Source: Torpedo marmorata (taxonomy: Eukaryota). From it: a DNA stretch of 64,000 bases. The notes under the pieces are model-generated. The model worked only from the letters and a program-made list of their open reading frames with translations, searched no databases and was not told the origin of the DNA. Below are positions 22,505 to 33,668 of the stretch, in pieces; the stretch's first letter is position 1; each line of letters opens with the position of its first letter. The position numbers and the translations under genes were made by a program. The stretch is taken from positions 62,372,001 through 62,436,000 of the forward strand of contig OZ360235.1 of assembly GCA_977017645.1 (NCBI GenBank), written 5' to 3'.

Positions 22505-23491
22505 TTAACATCTAGAAAGACAATCAGCAATTACATTATCTTTCCCTTTTATATGTGTTATTACCAAATCATATTCTTGCAAAATTAGACTCCAATTCAA
22601 CAACCGTCGATTCTTATTTTTCATTTTACAAAGAAAAACCAATGGATTATGGTCAGTATACACTATGAGTGGTTTTTGAGCTGTACAGATATACACATCA
22701 AAGTGTTGTAGAGCCAACACAAGAGCCAACAACTCTTTTTCTATGGTTGAATAATTCCTTTGATGATCATTGAACTTCTTCGAGAAGTAGGATACCGGAT
22801 GGTCAATGTCCTCTTCGTTCTTCTTCTGCAACAGCACCGCACCCACAGCTTCATCGCTGGCATCCACGGCTAAAGAAAACGGTTGTTCTAAATTAGGTGA
22901 CTTAAGCACAGGTTGGTGGCATAACATGGCTTTCAATTTGAAAAATGCTTCCTGACAACCTGTTGACCATACACATTTTTCTTTCTTTCTAAGCAAATTT
23001 GTGAGAGGGAGCGCAAGATCAGCAAAGTTTTTACAGAACTTGCGGTAGTAGCCAATCATTCCCAGGAACCTCCTCAGAGTTTTCTTACCAGTTGGAACAG
23101 GGAACTCGGAAATAGTTACAACCTTTGCCTCTACTGGCGCCAACTGCCCCTGTCCTACTACATAACCCAGATAAATAACAGTAGCATGTCCAAACTCACT
23201 TTTACTTAAATTAATTGTGAGATTTGCTTTGGACAGTCGTTCGAACAATTGTTTTAGCTCAAAGACATGCTCTTCCCAGGTCTCACTACTTACAATTAAA
23301 TCATCAATGTAAGCACCTGTGTTTTTCAACCCTTGAATTACTGAATTAATCATTCTCTGAAATGTTCCTGGAGCATTCTTCATACCAAAAGGCATAACAT
23401 TATACTCATACAGCCCAAAAGGTGTTACGAATGCAGAAATCTCCCTAGCCCTTTTTGTCAAAGGAACACACCAGTATCCTTTTAATGTCAA
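22505..23491 (-). CDS. pol: Gypsy pol: RT C-terminal part and RNase H (frameshifted from the upstream ORF)
   Basis: KGYW, MPFGMKNAPGTFQR, YIDD, FLGMIGYYRKF, DAS...GAVL, YTDHNPL and ADCLSR motifs. Confidence 0.92.
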   Translation of the reverse strand: MTLKGYWCVPLTKRAREISAFVTPFGLYEYNVMPFGMKNAPGTFQRMINSVIQGLKNTGAYIDDLIVSSETWEEHVFELKQLFERLSKANLTINLSKSEFGHATVIYLGYVVGQGQLAPVEAKVVTISEFPVPTGKKTLRRFLGMIGYYRKFCKNFADLALPLTNLLRKKEKCVWSTGCQEAFFKLKAMLCHQPVLKSPNLEQPFSLAVDASDEAVGAVLLQKKNEEDIDHPVSYFSKKFNDHQRNYSTIEKELLALVLALQHFDVYICTAQKPLIVYTDHNPLVFLCKMKNKNRRLLNWSLILQEYDLVITHIKGKDNVIADCLSRC

Positions 23492-26180
23492 TTTTTGTAA
23501 GAAATTTGGCCTTCCCCACCTTGTCGATACAATCGTCTATTCTAGGAATAGGATAAGCATCTGTCTTTGTTCCAGCATTTACTTTCCTATAATCAGTGAA
23601 AAACCTAACCGTTCCATCAGGCTTAGGCACTAAAACACAAGGGGAACTCCAATTGGAAGTAGACTTTCGAATGATATTGTTCTTTACCATGTAGTCAATT
23701 TCCTGATCTACCAGTTTGCACTTTTCCACATTGATTCGATAGGGATGCTGTTTTATCGGTCTTGCATCTCCTACATCCACATCATGATAAGCGATGGAAA
23801 TTTTCTGAGGCACATCAGGAAATAAATTTATAAATTTTAAAAATAACTGACTCATCTCTTCCTTTTCTGAAGTTTTCAGATGAGCCAACTTTGTCTCCAG
23901 ATTGCGCAAAATCATGAAATTTTCTAACCTCGGGCTTATCAATTTCTGTGTCCCATGACCCTCTCTGAAACTGGTTTCATCTGTCTCCTCCTTACCCTGA
24001 TCAATAACCAGTACCTCTGGTAAATTTTCAGTCCCATTGTGTGGCACCTGTTCAAAATATGGCTTAATCATATTCACATGACAGACCTGTGTGTCTCGTC
24101 TGCGATTAGGTGTTTCTATGACATAGGTGACATCATTAATTTTTGACTTAACTCTATAGGGTCCTGAAAATCTAGCCCGAAGAGGATTTGAATGGACGGG
24201 AAACAGAACTAATACGTTCTCACCAGGTTTAAAAGTTCTCATCTTAGCCTTTCGATCGTACCAAACCTTCATTCTCTGTTGAGTGGCCTTTAAATTTTCC
24301 TTTGCCATCTCACAAGCCCTATGTAACCGATCCTTAAATTTGGAAACATAATCTAACAGATTTAAATGCACATCACGATTAATCCACTGTTCTTTTAATA
24401 ATCTTAAAGGACCTCTCACCTCATGTCCGAAAACTAACTCGAATGGACTAAAACCAAGTGAGTCTTGGACAGACTCCCTCGCTGCAAATAACAACAAATG
24501 AACCCCCTCATCCCAATCCTTTTCCTTCTCACAACAATAGGTTCTAATCATGTTTTTAAAAGTCGAATGGAACCTCTCCAAGGCCCCTTGACTTTCTGGA
24601 TGGTACGCAGAGGATACAATCTGTTTAACTCCCAGTCCATCAACCACTTGTTGTAAAACGCCTGACATGAAATTACTGCCCTTATCTGATTGAATTTCCC
24701 TTGGCAAACCTACCAAGGTGAAAAACTTTACAATAGCCTTTACAATTGACTTTGCTTTAATGTTTCTCAGAGGAATGGCCTCTGGAAATCTGGTGGCTGC
24801 ACACATAATTGTTAACAAATACTCATTCCCTGCTTTGGTTTTGGGCAATGAGCCAACACAGTCCACAATTACTCTCGAGAAAGGCTCACTGAAAGCAGGG
24901 ATAGGTTGCAAGGGTGCCACCGGGGGACCCTGATTAGGTTTACCCACCACCTGACAAGTGTGACAGGCCCGGCAAAAGCTTACAACCTCCCTTCTCAAAC
25001 TGGGCCAATAAAATTGTTTCATTATCTTCCTTATAGTTTTCTTCACCCCAAGGTGACCACCTAAGGGTGTACTATGAGCCAAAGTTATTATTGCATCCCT
25101 ATATACTTTAGGGATCACAACCTGCTGCACTACTGCCCATTCTTCATTGGCAGGAACATCACATGGTCTCCACTTTCTCATCAACACCCCATCTTTTTCA
25201 TAATAACCTACTGGCACCTTTTTAATCTCCTCTTCAGAGCGAACCTTATCCCTCACCTCAGCAAGATCAGGATCGTCCTTTTGTCTTGCTATTAACTCCT
25301 GTCGGGATAGTGACAAATCTGTGCCTTTTGGTGTCTTATCAGTGGATGGGTGTAACATAGGAGATTGCTCAACCTTTTCCAGGTTTTCTTGATTATCACT
25401 GTCTTTTTCTTTCACCAATTCATTTTCCACTGCCTTCTCTACAGTGACATTTTTCTTAGACATGGCCCTGGTTATGGCACATGCCGGATAAATATCAGAG
25501 TCTTTCTCTGACTTATCAATGACTGGCTTAGTGGTCATTTGCACTGCAGGAACTACTTTACCCTTGGCCAAGTCATTGCCTAACAACAGTGAGACTCCTT
25601 CTACTGGCAACTCTGATCTCACTCCTATTATAACAGGTCCTTCCACCAGGTCTGAGTCCAATACTATTTTGTGCAAAGGAATGGACTCAACTTCACCACC
25701 AATTCCTTTAATTAAATTTATGTCACCGGTGTCAGTAGCTTCACAAAATTCCAAGACACTATCTAACACAAGTGACTGAGCAGCTCCAGTATCTCGCAAG
25801 ATTTTCACTGGAACTTGTTTTGATCCTGCCTTAACTGAAACAAAACCATCAGTCACAAAAGGTTTAAATACATCTTTAACTTTGTCAGTAAATTTATCTC
25901 CTTCCTGGGTGTTATGCCTCTTCTCACTCTGAATACAAGCATTAGGTATTGCATCCTTTTCTCTCTTCTTTTTCAACACTGGACAGCTTGCTATCATATG
26001 ACCAACCTTCCTACAGTAGTGGCAAATGGGACCCGAATGGTTCTCCCTTTTCCACTTTCCTTCATCCCTTTCCTTAACACCACTTCCAAATTTACTTTCC
26101 ACTTGCTTCTGATTATCCACAGTGACCTTTTGGAAAATTCTACCTGACTTCCACTTAACTTGTGGGTTAAACATATTCAT
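23445..26180 (-). CDS. pol: Gypsy polyprotein: zinc knuckle, protease, integrase, RT N-terminus
   Basis: CHYCRKVGHMIASC; ILRDTGA; HHCC (H..GGH...CHTC); DDE (VIVDCVG, SDKGSNF, ERFH); GPY; then WSSPCVLVPK...DYRKVN. Confidence 0.93.
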   Translation of the reverse strand: MNMFNPQVKWKSGRIFQKVTVDNQKQVESKFGSGVKERDEGKWKRENHSGPICHYCRKVGHMIASCPVLKKKREKDAIPNACIQSEKRHNTQEGDKFTDKVKDVFKPFVTDGFVSVKAGSKQVPVKILRDTGAAQSLVLDSVLEFCEATDTGDINLIKGIGGEVESIPLHKIVLDSDLVEGPVIIGVRSELPVEGVSLLLGNDLAKGKVVPAVQMTTKPVIDKSEKDSDIYPACAITRAMSKKNVTVEKAVENELVKEKDSDNQENLEKVEQSPMLHPSTDKTPKGTDLSLSRQELIARQKDDPDLAEVRDKVRSEEEIKKVPVGYYEKDGVLMRKWRPCDVPANEEWAVVQQVVIPKVYRDAIITLAHSTPLGGHLGVKKTIRKIMKQFYWPSLRREVVSFCRACHTCQVVGKPNQGPPVAPLQPIPAFSEPFSRVIVDCVGSLPKTKAGNEYLLTIMCAATRFPEAIPLRNIKAKSIVKAIVKFFTLVGLPREIQSDKGSNFMSGVLQQVVDGLGVKQIVSSAYHPESQGALERFHSTFKNMIRTYCCEKEKDWDEGVHLLLFAARESVQDSLGFSPFELVFGHEVRGPLRLLKEQWINRDVHLNLLDYVSKFKDRLHRACEMAKENLKATQQRMKVWYDRKAKMRTFKPGENVLVLFPVHSNPLRARFSGPYRVKSKINDVTYVIETPNRRRDTQVCHVNMIKPYFEQVPHNGTENLPEVLVIDQGKEETDETSFREGHGTQKLISPRLENFMILRNLETKLAHLKTSEKEEMSQLFLKFINLFPDVPQKISIAYHDVDVGDARPIKQHPYRINVEKCKLVDQEIDYMVKNNIIRKSTSNWSSPCVLVPKPDGTVRFFTDYRKVNAGTKTDAYPIPRIDDCIDKVGKAKFLTKIDIKRILVCSFDKKG

Positions 26181-27094
26181 CTGCTAATTTAGCTGAATTT
26201 TGCCAAGTTTTCACCTCCTTTTCATCTAAGTATGCCTTAATATCCTCAGGAACACACCTTTTTATCTCCTCGATTATTATCAATTCTCTCAATTGATTGT
26301 AATCATTGTTTACCGCCTTAGATGTGCACCACCTGTCAAAACACACAACCTTTTCATAGGCAAACTCTGTATAAGATTGGGTTGCTAATCTTTTTAAATT
26401 TCTAAACTTCTGTCTATAAGCCTCTGGAACTAACTCATAAGCCTGGAGTATAGCCTTTTTCACCGTTTCATAATCAGCAGCTTGCTCCGTGGTAAGAGTA
26501 GAATAAGCTTGCTGAGCTTTTCCTTTTATTACACTTTGTAACATAAGAGACCATTGGTCTTGTGGCCATTTTAATTTCACAGCCACTTTCTCAAAATGCT
26601 GGAAGTACTTATCTATTTCTGCCTCCTCAAATGGAGGAACCAACCTAACTTCTCTACTAGCCAAAAACCCCTCAGCAGAATGACGAATTTGATCTTGGCG
26701 TTCTTCTTGTCTCCTCTCATTTTCCAACCTCATCTTTTCCAGCTCATATCTCCTATTTCTCTCATCATTCTCGTGTCTCTTTAGTTCCAATTCCATGTCT
26801 AATTTCTTTTATTCCCTGGCTGCCTCCAATTTCTTTTGTTCCAATTCCAATTTCTTTATTTCCAATTGTATGTTTTCAGAAGGTTTACCCTTGGGAAACT
26901 GCTCTAACACGCTCTCCTCCAATTTTTTTTTCTTTTATATAGTATTTGACAATTTTTCTCCCAATCTCTGCCTTTTTCATAGATGCTTTTACAGAAGCAA
27001 TGCCCAACCCTGTTGCTATAGCCACTAACTGTTCCTTTTTCGCCTTTTTTAAAGTATCAGGTTCAGGTGATTCCAAAAAATGTTCTACATCCAT
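26167..27094 (-). CDS. gag: Gypsy gag (coiled coil plus SCAN-related capsid), frameshifted
   Basis: LVPPFEE..IDKYFQHFEKVA..WP, GKAQQAY, AYELVPEAYRQKFR and ADEYV motifs. Frameshift near the T-run at about 26932. Confidence 0.88.
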
Positions 27095-27204
27095 TGTTGC
27101 TGGTTTTTCGTTACACACACACTAGCTTTTAATTAGCTTTACAAAAGGAATGCCTTAAACCAAACTGGGATTCCTTCATTTACCAAGATGGATCTTGATT
27201 CAAA

Positions 27205-27223
27205 TCCCACGACGAGCCCCCAA
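27205..27223 (-). promoter_or_regulatory. Primer binding site complementary to the tRNA-Pro 3' end
   Basis: Minus strand tgggggctcgtcgtggga starts a few nt after the 5' LTR; canonical PBS-Pro is TGGGGGCTCGTCCGGGAT. Confidence 0.85.
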
Positions 27224-27226
27224 TTT

Positions 27227-28058
27227 TGTTACAAAATCAAACCAGCAACGACAGAAGACGCAATGCAAAAGGGGTAAAATTGAAATTTATATTTATTAAA
27301 GACAATTAAACATAATTTCACAACAATTAACCCCACTATAAACGTCTATAAACACTATTCTTATCTAAAAGGTGTGTGTGTGTAAAGCCCAGACCCTTAT
27401 GTAAAAATGGAAAAACTTTCCCCAAAAACCCCAGGTCAGTCATAAAAACAAGTCAGTCAAAAAAAAGAATAATACAGTCCACAAAATTCACTCTCTAAGT
27501 TCAGGTTTCAAATTCAGCTCTGTGTCTGGTAGAAGTACTTCTGAATGAACGTTGGAGAAAGACAATGACTGTTTATGCTTACAAATACTTGTTTTTCTTC
27601 TCTGATGACATTCCCTTCTTGTGTTTTCATAAGGATTGCGAGTTCAGATCAGTATACCACTGATTGAGGCGTGTGCTTGGATCTCACAGCTGGTCTCGCT
27701 GATCTCACGCCTGTTCTCCACAGAAGTTGCTTTTAACTCAGAATTTCTCTGAGACAGGAGGCCATGTGCTATTCTGCCAGCCTTTTCTCTGGGATGCACA
27801 AGCCTGGATTTGGCTGTGTTCTCTAGCCTTGCAACTCCCAACTGTCTGCTTTTTGCAAAGGTCTGCACCTGCTTTTGCAAAAGTGCAACAAAGTATCTTT
27901 TCCACAGCCTGTCTCTCTCTGCTCTCTCTCTCTTTCTGGGTACACCAAGTCCTGGGCAAGTTAACTCTTTCAGTACCTGGTCCCAGTGTATACTCCAAAA
28001 GACTTCATCCTTCCTGCTGACCGTCCGCAGTCCAAATGGTCAGTCATGGTCCATAACA
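27227..28058 (-). repeat. Gypsy 5' LTR (832 bp)
   Basis: Near-identical to 21493-22372 apart from microsatellite length, one ~20-bp deletion and a few substitutions. Confidence 0.95.
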
Positions 28059-29697
28059 CAGAACTCCCCCAGTTGCTGTCTGTGGTATTTTTCAAGAATT
28101 TATTCTGACTTTGGATGTCTTGTGGAGTCTTGCAGTGCAGTGTGACTCAATATCAATTCCCCAACTCTCACATTGGGGAATCTGCTCAAGCAACCTGCAC
28201 TTGCTTAGACCTGATGAAAGAACAGCGACTCCATACACATTTCAATCAATTCCGTTTTTTTTTTAAAATTATGAGATTAGTTTGTTTTTCAATGTATTTT
28301 AATATTTCTAACTTTTTACATTTTATTTCATTTGTTAAAATAGTTGTAGAATATTTCAAATTATCAGAGATACTGTATTCAGAAATAAAAGGGTTTGACT
28401 GAGGGCCAAGCCAGGGTGTGGCTTTCTCAGTTTTTCATGATCAGGGCAATTTAGCTCCCTCCTTCATGCTCCATATGACAGCAATTATGCACACTTGGTC
28501 TTGCAACTAGCCAGGAGCTTGTCCTCAAGGACCGTCAACTGGTAAGCATGACTTGGGGATTCTCTAAACGTGAGCCCAGAGTTAGCTTGCCAGTGGTAGG
28601 AAATTCTGGGTAACTAAACCATTTAATCATGAAGCAATATGCTCAGATATCTTTTGTATCCTAACGTTCTATCTCAAGGTATGTGTGTGTGTGGAACGGG
28701 ACAAGCTGGGGCACAGGTGATCCAATAAACATCCAAGGAATTAACTACAAGGCAAGATTAAGAATGCGTGCACAAATCCCATCATATTTTTGGACACAAA
28801 CATAAATTCCTCCAAGTTTCAATTTTAGTCCATGGCTCAGCAAAGTACAAATGATCAGATCATAATTAAAATTGAGATTTAAAATACATTCTGAAATGTT
28901 TGTCCCCTCAATTAATAAAACAGCCCATTAACAGGCTCATCACTTATCCTTCAAAAATATGTTACACAAAATATTTTAAAAGAGATTTTATACTTTAAAA
29001 AATTCACATTGTTCTTGGAATTCATCTTCCCTATCCCTGACTGTTATCTAAACATTGTCAAAAACTTTGGAAACACGAGTATATTTAAACATTTTTTCGG
29101 AAGCACTCACCTGAAACTATCATCAGTATTCACTCTCTGAATTAATACAACCTGAATTTTAAGCAACCCTTAAATGTCTCCGTTTCCTTTCTCTCCATAA
29201 ACCAGCATTTATTCCCTATCTCTAATTACTCCTGAGAAAGTAGTAATGCTTTCTTCATTTATATACTGGGAGAACACCAGCAGTGCTGTTAGCGAAGGAG
29301 AGACTCGAAAGAGATTTACAGGTTTTCCCAGGCCGGTGTTACTCTTGTCCCTCAATAAGGCGGTGGTCATGTTTAGGGAGGTGCTGCTGAAGAAGAGTGG
29401 CAGTGTGTAGACAGTAAATACTGCAGCCATGGTATGATGATGATGGAGGGGAGGAGCTGTTAAGGTGCATGCAATCTTGACTGATCCCATCCAAACCTGA
29501 TAATTTAATCAATTTTAGCTCAACTAGTATCTAATCCATTTTTTCCTTACATTGACCATCTTCTTCTCAGGGAAAATGCAAAATATTCACCTGGTATCTG
29601 AACCACACACTCTGCTACCCGAGGTCAGCATTTTGTTCCCCAATCACACCATTCACCTATTACTATTTACACACACACAGAACAATTTTGGGAAGTA

Positions 29698-30612
29698 CTG
29701 GCAGTCCCCAGATTATGCAAGAGTTCCTTGCCCGAGAATCGTCTGCAAGCCGATTTCTCTTAAATCAGAAATGTCCGTTTTCACTAGCTACCCATATCTT
29801 TTGCTCCCTGTACACTTGCTATAATTCTTTCATTTCATTGAATAATCACTCTAAAACTGCCATAACACTGGATAACGAAGATTTTGCTTCCTGAACACTT
29901 TTGGGTGTATTTTATGCATTTTGGGCTGCTGATCACGAAAATCACCTTAACACTTTCCTATCACATACCTTTTTTTTTTAGATATAATCTATTTTTGTGA
30001 TTTCCTGTCATATTTTAAGTCTACTTCAAGCATACAAAACATGTCATTGAAAATTAATTTTCTGCATTCACACTTGGACTTCTTCCCTGCTGATCTTGGT
30101 GCAGTCAGTGACGAACATGGTAAAAGGTTTCACCAGGACATTGCGACCATGGAAAAGCGGTATCAGGGCAACTGGAATCCATCAATGCTGGCCGACTATT
30201 GTTGGACACTGACACGAGAGGCATCAAATGCTGAGTACAAACTAAAATCAGTGGCAACATTTTTTTAGGTCAGTTGAATTAACACAATGCGTCAGCATCA
30301 TTATGCAATTAAATATTAAATTCAATAAAAGTTCATGTTTCTTCAACTTCCTAAGTAAAATCAGCAAATCTTTGTGTTCAGCTTAAAGTTGTCTATCATA
30401 ATCCCTAATTTGTTTTCAGGAAGCAAACCTTTTGAAAAAATTGTTGTCCAGTGTAATTAGACTGATGGAATATATAATGTATCCAGTCATTAATGAATAA
30501 CGTGAAACATTTTCTTATTACCAACTTGAAAAATACTTCAAAAATGTATGGAAGAATTTGGATAAAGTCAAATTTCTGTGAGTCAGGTCATTTGGAACGT
30601 AGGGAGCCCCTG
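29698..30612. mobile_element. Old Tigger/pogo-like MITE hosting Chapaev3 copy 2
   Basis: TA|ctggcagtccccagattatg and gaacgtagggagcccctg|TA form degenerate inverted termini. Confidence 0.45.
29866..30453 (+). mobile_element. Chapaev3 internally deleted DNA transposon, copy 2 (588 bp)
   Basis: CAC...GTG termini and TSD taa. ORF 30041-30268 (MSLKINFLHSHLDFFP..LGAVSDEHG.RFHQDI..MEKRYQG.W...MLADYCW) is the Chapaev3 transposase C-terminus. Confidence 0.9.
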
Positions 30613-32139
30613 TATTAGCAAAGTTGGCCAATAATTTTTTTTAAATCATGAATAACAACTCAAAATTTACCTTAATTATAAAGCAAAACAAGTAATTATG
30701 CTGAAAATGTAGAAGACTGCATATTTGATGTAATTTTAGTTGCAGATTTTCCCAACATTCTTTCACTTACAATGATGGAACAAAGAAACATCAGTGCACA
30801 AAAGACTAACAAGGCATAAAATAAATGAAGGCACAGATTTATTTTCCAGAGAGCTCTGGGGCATGCATCCCTTCACTCTGAAAATTGTTGTTTTTGCCAT
30901 TTGGTATGTTTTTCTGCATTTTGGAATTCACAATAGATCAACTGACCTATTCCACCCTGCCTCTGCAAACCTGTCCACAATCCTAATGATTACAGATGGT
31001 TACATGAACAAAGTAATTAATAATTTTGAAGTAAGCAAGAAAGACTAACATTGTAAATACGAAAGGCAAAGGAAAAAATTAATCAAGCTATTAAGTGTCA
31101 ATGTTATCTAAAGATGCATATTTGTTACCATTTTGTGCTCAGAATGTGGGAAATGTTGGAATAGCTGTGAAAATTGCTACCCTCCTGGTTATGGTGACCT
31201 TACCCAGAATTCAACCAGAGAAAACGAAGGAATGATGATATATGATCATGTCAGGATGGAATGTGACATGGAGCAGATGATGGTGTTCCCGCAACGTTGG
31301 CCGATCCCTCCCCAGTTCCCCCACAGTGGCCCCATGGCCATAATAACCTTTTGTGGCTGCATGGCTCCCATACCATGAGGCCTTGCAGCCACAGCCATTC
31401 AATGAAGCTGAAGGCTGGCCAGACCTCAGGAAGTGCAAAATGAGGGCCCATCCTGATGCTTCTGACAGCCCACTGTTAGAAAGCTTTTAGACCATTTCCA
31501 AATATCTGATAAAGACATTTAGAAAGTTGTAAAAAGTAATATTTTCATTTACTATTTTTATAATTTCTTAATCACAATGAATGCAAATTAAATAATAATG
31601 TGAAGAAACTTGCTTTAGTTTAAACTTCAACCATTCAAACAGGTTGAGAGAGATGTTCTAGTGTAAAGGAGCCAGATACAAAATGTATCTAGTCCCTCAG
31701 CTCAATTCATTATGGAATGCCCCTGAACTCAATGACGAGCTTTGAGAGAGAATGGGACGTCAGATGCACCTGTATCTGAACTCCATCATGTTCCAGACTT
31801 CCCTGTTGCAGTGTGCAGGAGTGAGAATCTACAGAGTACTGCTCTGCACACTGCGACTCTTCAGCAGTTCTTTATGGACTTGCCAAACAGCTATCAGCAT
31901 GGCCTAGCCCATTGCTACTTATTCAGATTATTGGTAGATATCACAGCAGTACCTGGATAACATTCATACATGGGCTTAAACATGGCAGATAACAGTCAAT
32001 GAGTAGTCAGAACAAGAAAAAGCTCAACTATCCTATCCCACCAAAATTCAACGGCACCACCATTATTGAGTCTCCTAACATAAATATCTTGAAGGTCAAT
32101 GTTAATGAGGTGTTTTACTGCAGCAATCATTTCAGTAAC

Positions 32140-32312
32140 AACCATTTAAAGCAGAGATTGATAGGTTCTTGATTAGCCAGGGCATTAAAGGTTATGGGGA
32201 GAAGGCTGGGGAGTGGGGCTGAGAGGAAAAATAGATCAGCTCACAGTTGTATGGTGGGGCAGACTCGATGGGCTGAACAGCCTATTTCTGCTCCGATGTC
32301 ATATGGTCTTAT
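32140..32312 (+). mobile_element. CR1 LINE 3' end
   Basis: gcagagattgataggttcttgattag...gcagactcgatgggctgaa...tatggtcttat tail. Confidence 0.8.
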
Positions 32313-32837
32313 AATGCCAGTAGTTATTCCTTAACAACAAATTAAATTTGTAAAGTGACTTACAAAATGACTCAGAGAAATATGTACCAAGGAAAAATAT
32401 ATAGAATAGGAAAAGGATGAAGAGGAGAAATTGGAGAAAGGAAATATATTGAAACTTTCATTTGAATACATCTTTCCAAGGCTGACACATACCAAAGAAT
32501 TGCAAATCAACAAAGTATTTTGTACATGTCATCAATGCTGAACACACGTTTTGAATGGGGAGTTGTGAAAAAACTTTTAAACATCACTTGGAAAAATAGT
32601 AGAAGAGTTTTATGCACACGTTGTGAAGGAGTTTGAATTCAGAACTTTAGAGGATAGCCAATCGATAAATGCAGGCATGCAGTCATCTTTTTCTATTAAT
32701 AAACACTCAATTCTAGCATAGATATTAAACTATTCTCATAAATTTACCGGTTGCAGTGGAGTTATAGATGAATTTCTGATTCTCTATTAGGTCTTAGATA
32801 ATGGACCTTAACAAAAGGAAAATGTCTGTTCATATAG

Positions 32838-33668
32838 GGAGTGAAACACAAAAGTCCGCAGATGTTGCGATTCTGGTAAAAACACAGAAATGCTGGAGAA
32901 TCTCGGCAGGTCTCGCAGCGTCCATAGGAGGTAAAAATATATAATCAACGTTTCAGGCCTGAGCACTTCTTCAAGCTATGAGTATAAAGCAGGCAGGCGC
33001 CTGAATTAAAAGGCTGGGGCGAAGGAAAGAAAGAGCAGGGGGAGGAGCACAGACCAACAGACAAAGGGTGACAATTATAATTGGACACGTATAGGAGGAC
33101 AGGAGAGGAAAGATGAGAATTGATCAGGGGAGGGGTGGCTCTGTGAGTCTAGAGTTGGGGAAAAGGAGACAGAGGGGAAAAGGAGAGAGAGAGAGACAGA
33201 GCTAGAGGAAAGGAGAAATAGGGACGGGGGCGGCTAATGGAAACCGGAGAAGTCGATGTTAATGCCATTCGGTTGGAGGGTGCCCAGACAGAATATGAGA
33301 TGTTGTTCCTCCAATTTGTGGGTGGTCTCATTCTGGAAAAATATGAGACCATGGACAGACAGCATGGGAATGGGGCGAGGAATTGAAATGGGTAGCACTG
33401 GGAGAGCCCCGTTATTGCGGCAGACAGAGCCGAGATGCTCAACGAAGCGATCTCCCAGTCTGCATCCAGTTTCTCTGATGTAGAGGAGACCGCAACTGGA
33501 GCAGTAGATAACCCCTGCTTATTTACAAGTGAAGTATTGCTTTACTTGGAAGGACTGTTTGGGGCCCCGAATGGTGGCGAGGGAGGAGGTGTGGGCACAA
33601 GTATAGCACTAGGAGTCACGGAGGGAGCGGTCCCTGTGGAAGGCAGAGAGCGAAGGAGAGGAGAAGAT
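32838..33668 (-). mobile_element. 5'-truncated Penelope-like element (GIY-YIG end plus pLTR)
   Basis: Minus-strand ETGCRLGDRFVEHL...KLEEQHLIFCLGTLQPNGINIDF. Hammerhead-like core at 32941-32979. Flanked by atatag at 32832-32837 and 33669-33674. Confidence 0.85.

Larger units (their letters stand above)
21493..28058 (-). mobile_element. Full-length Gmr1-clade Ty3/Gypsy LTR retrotransposon
   Basis: Two TG...CA LTRs, TSD caga (21489-21492, 28059-28062), tRNA-Pro PBS and PPT. Domain order gag-CCHC-PR-IN-RT-RH. Confidence 0.96.
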
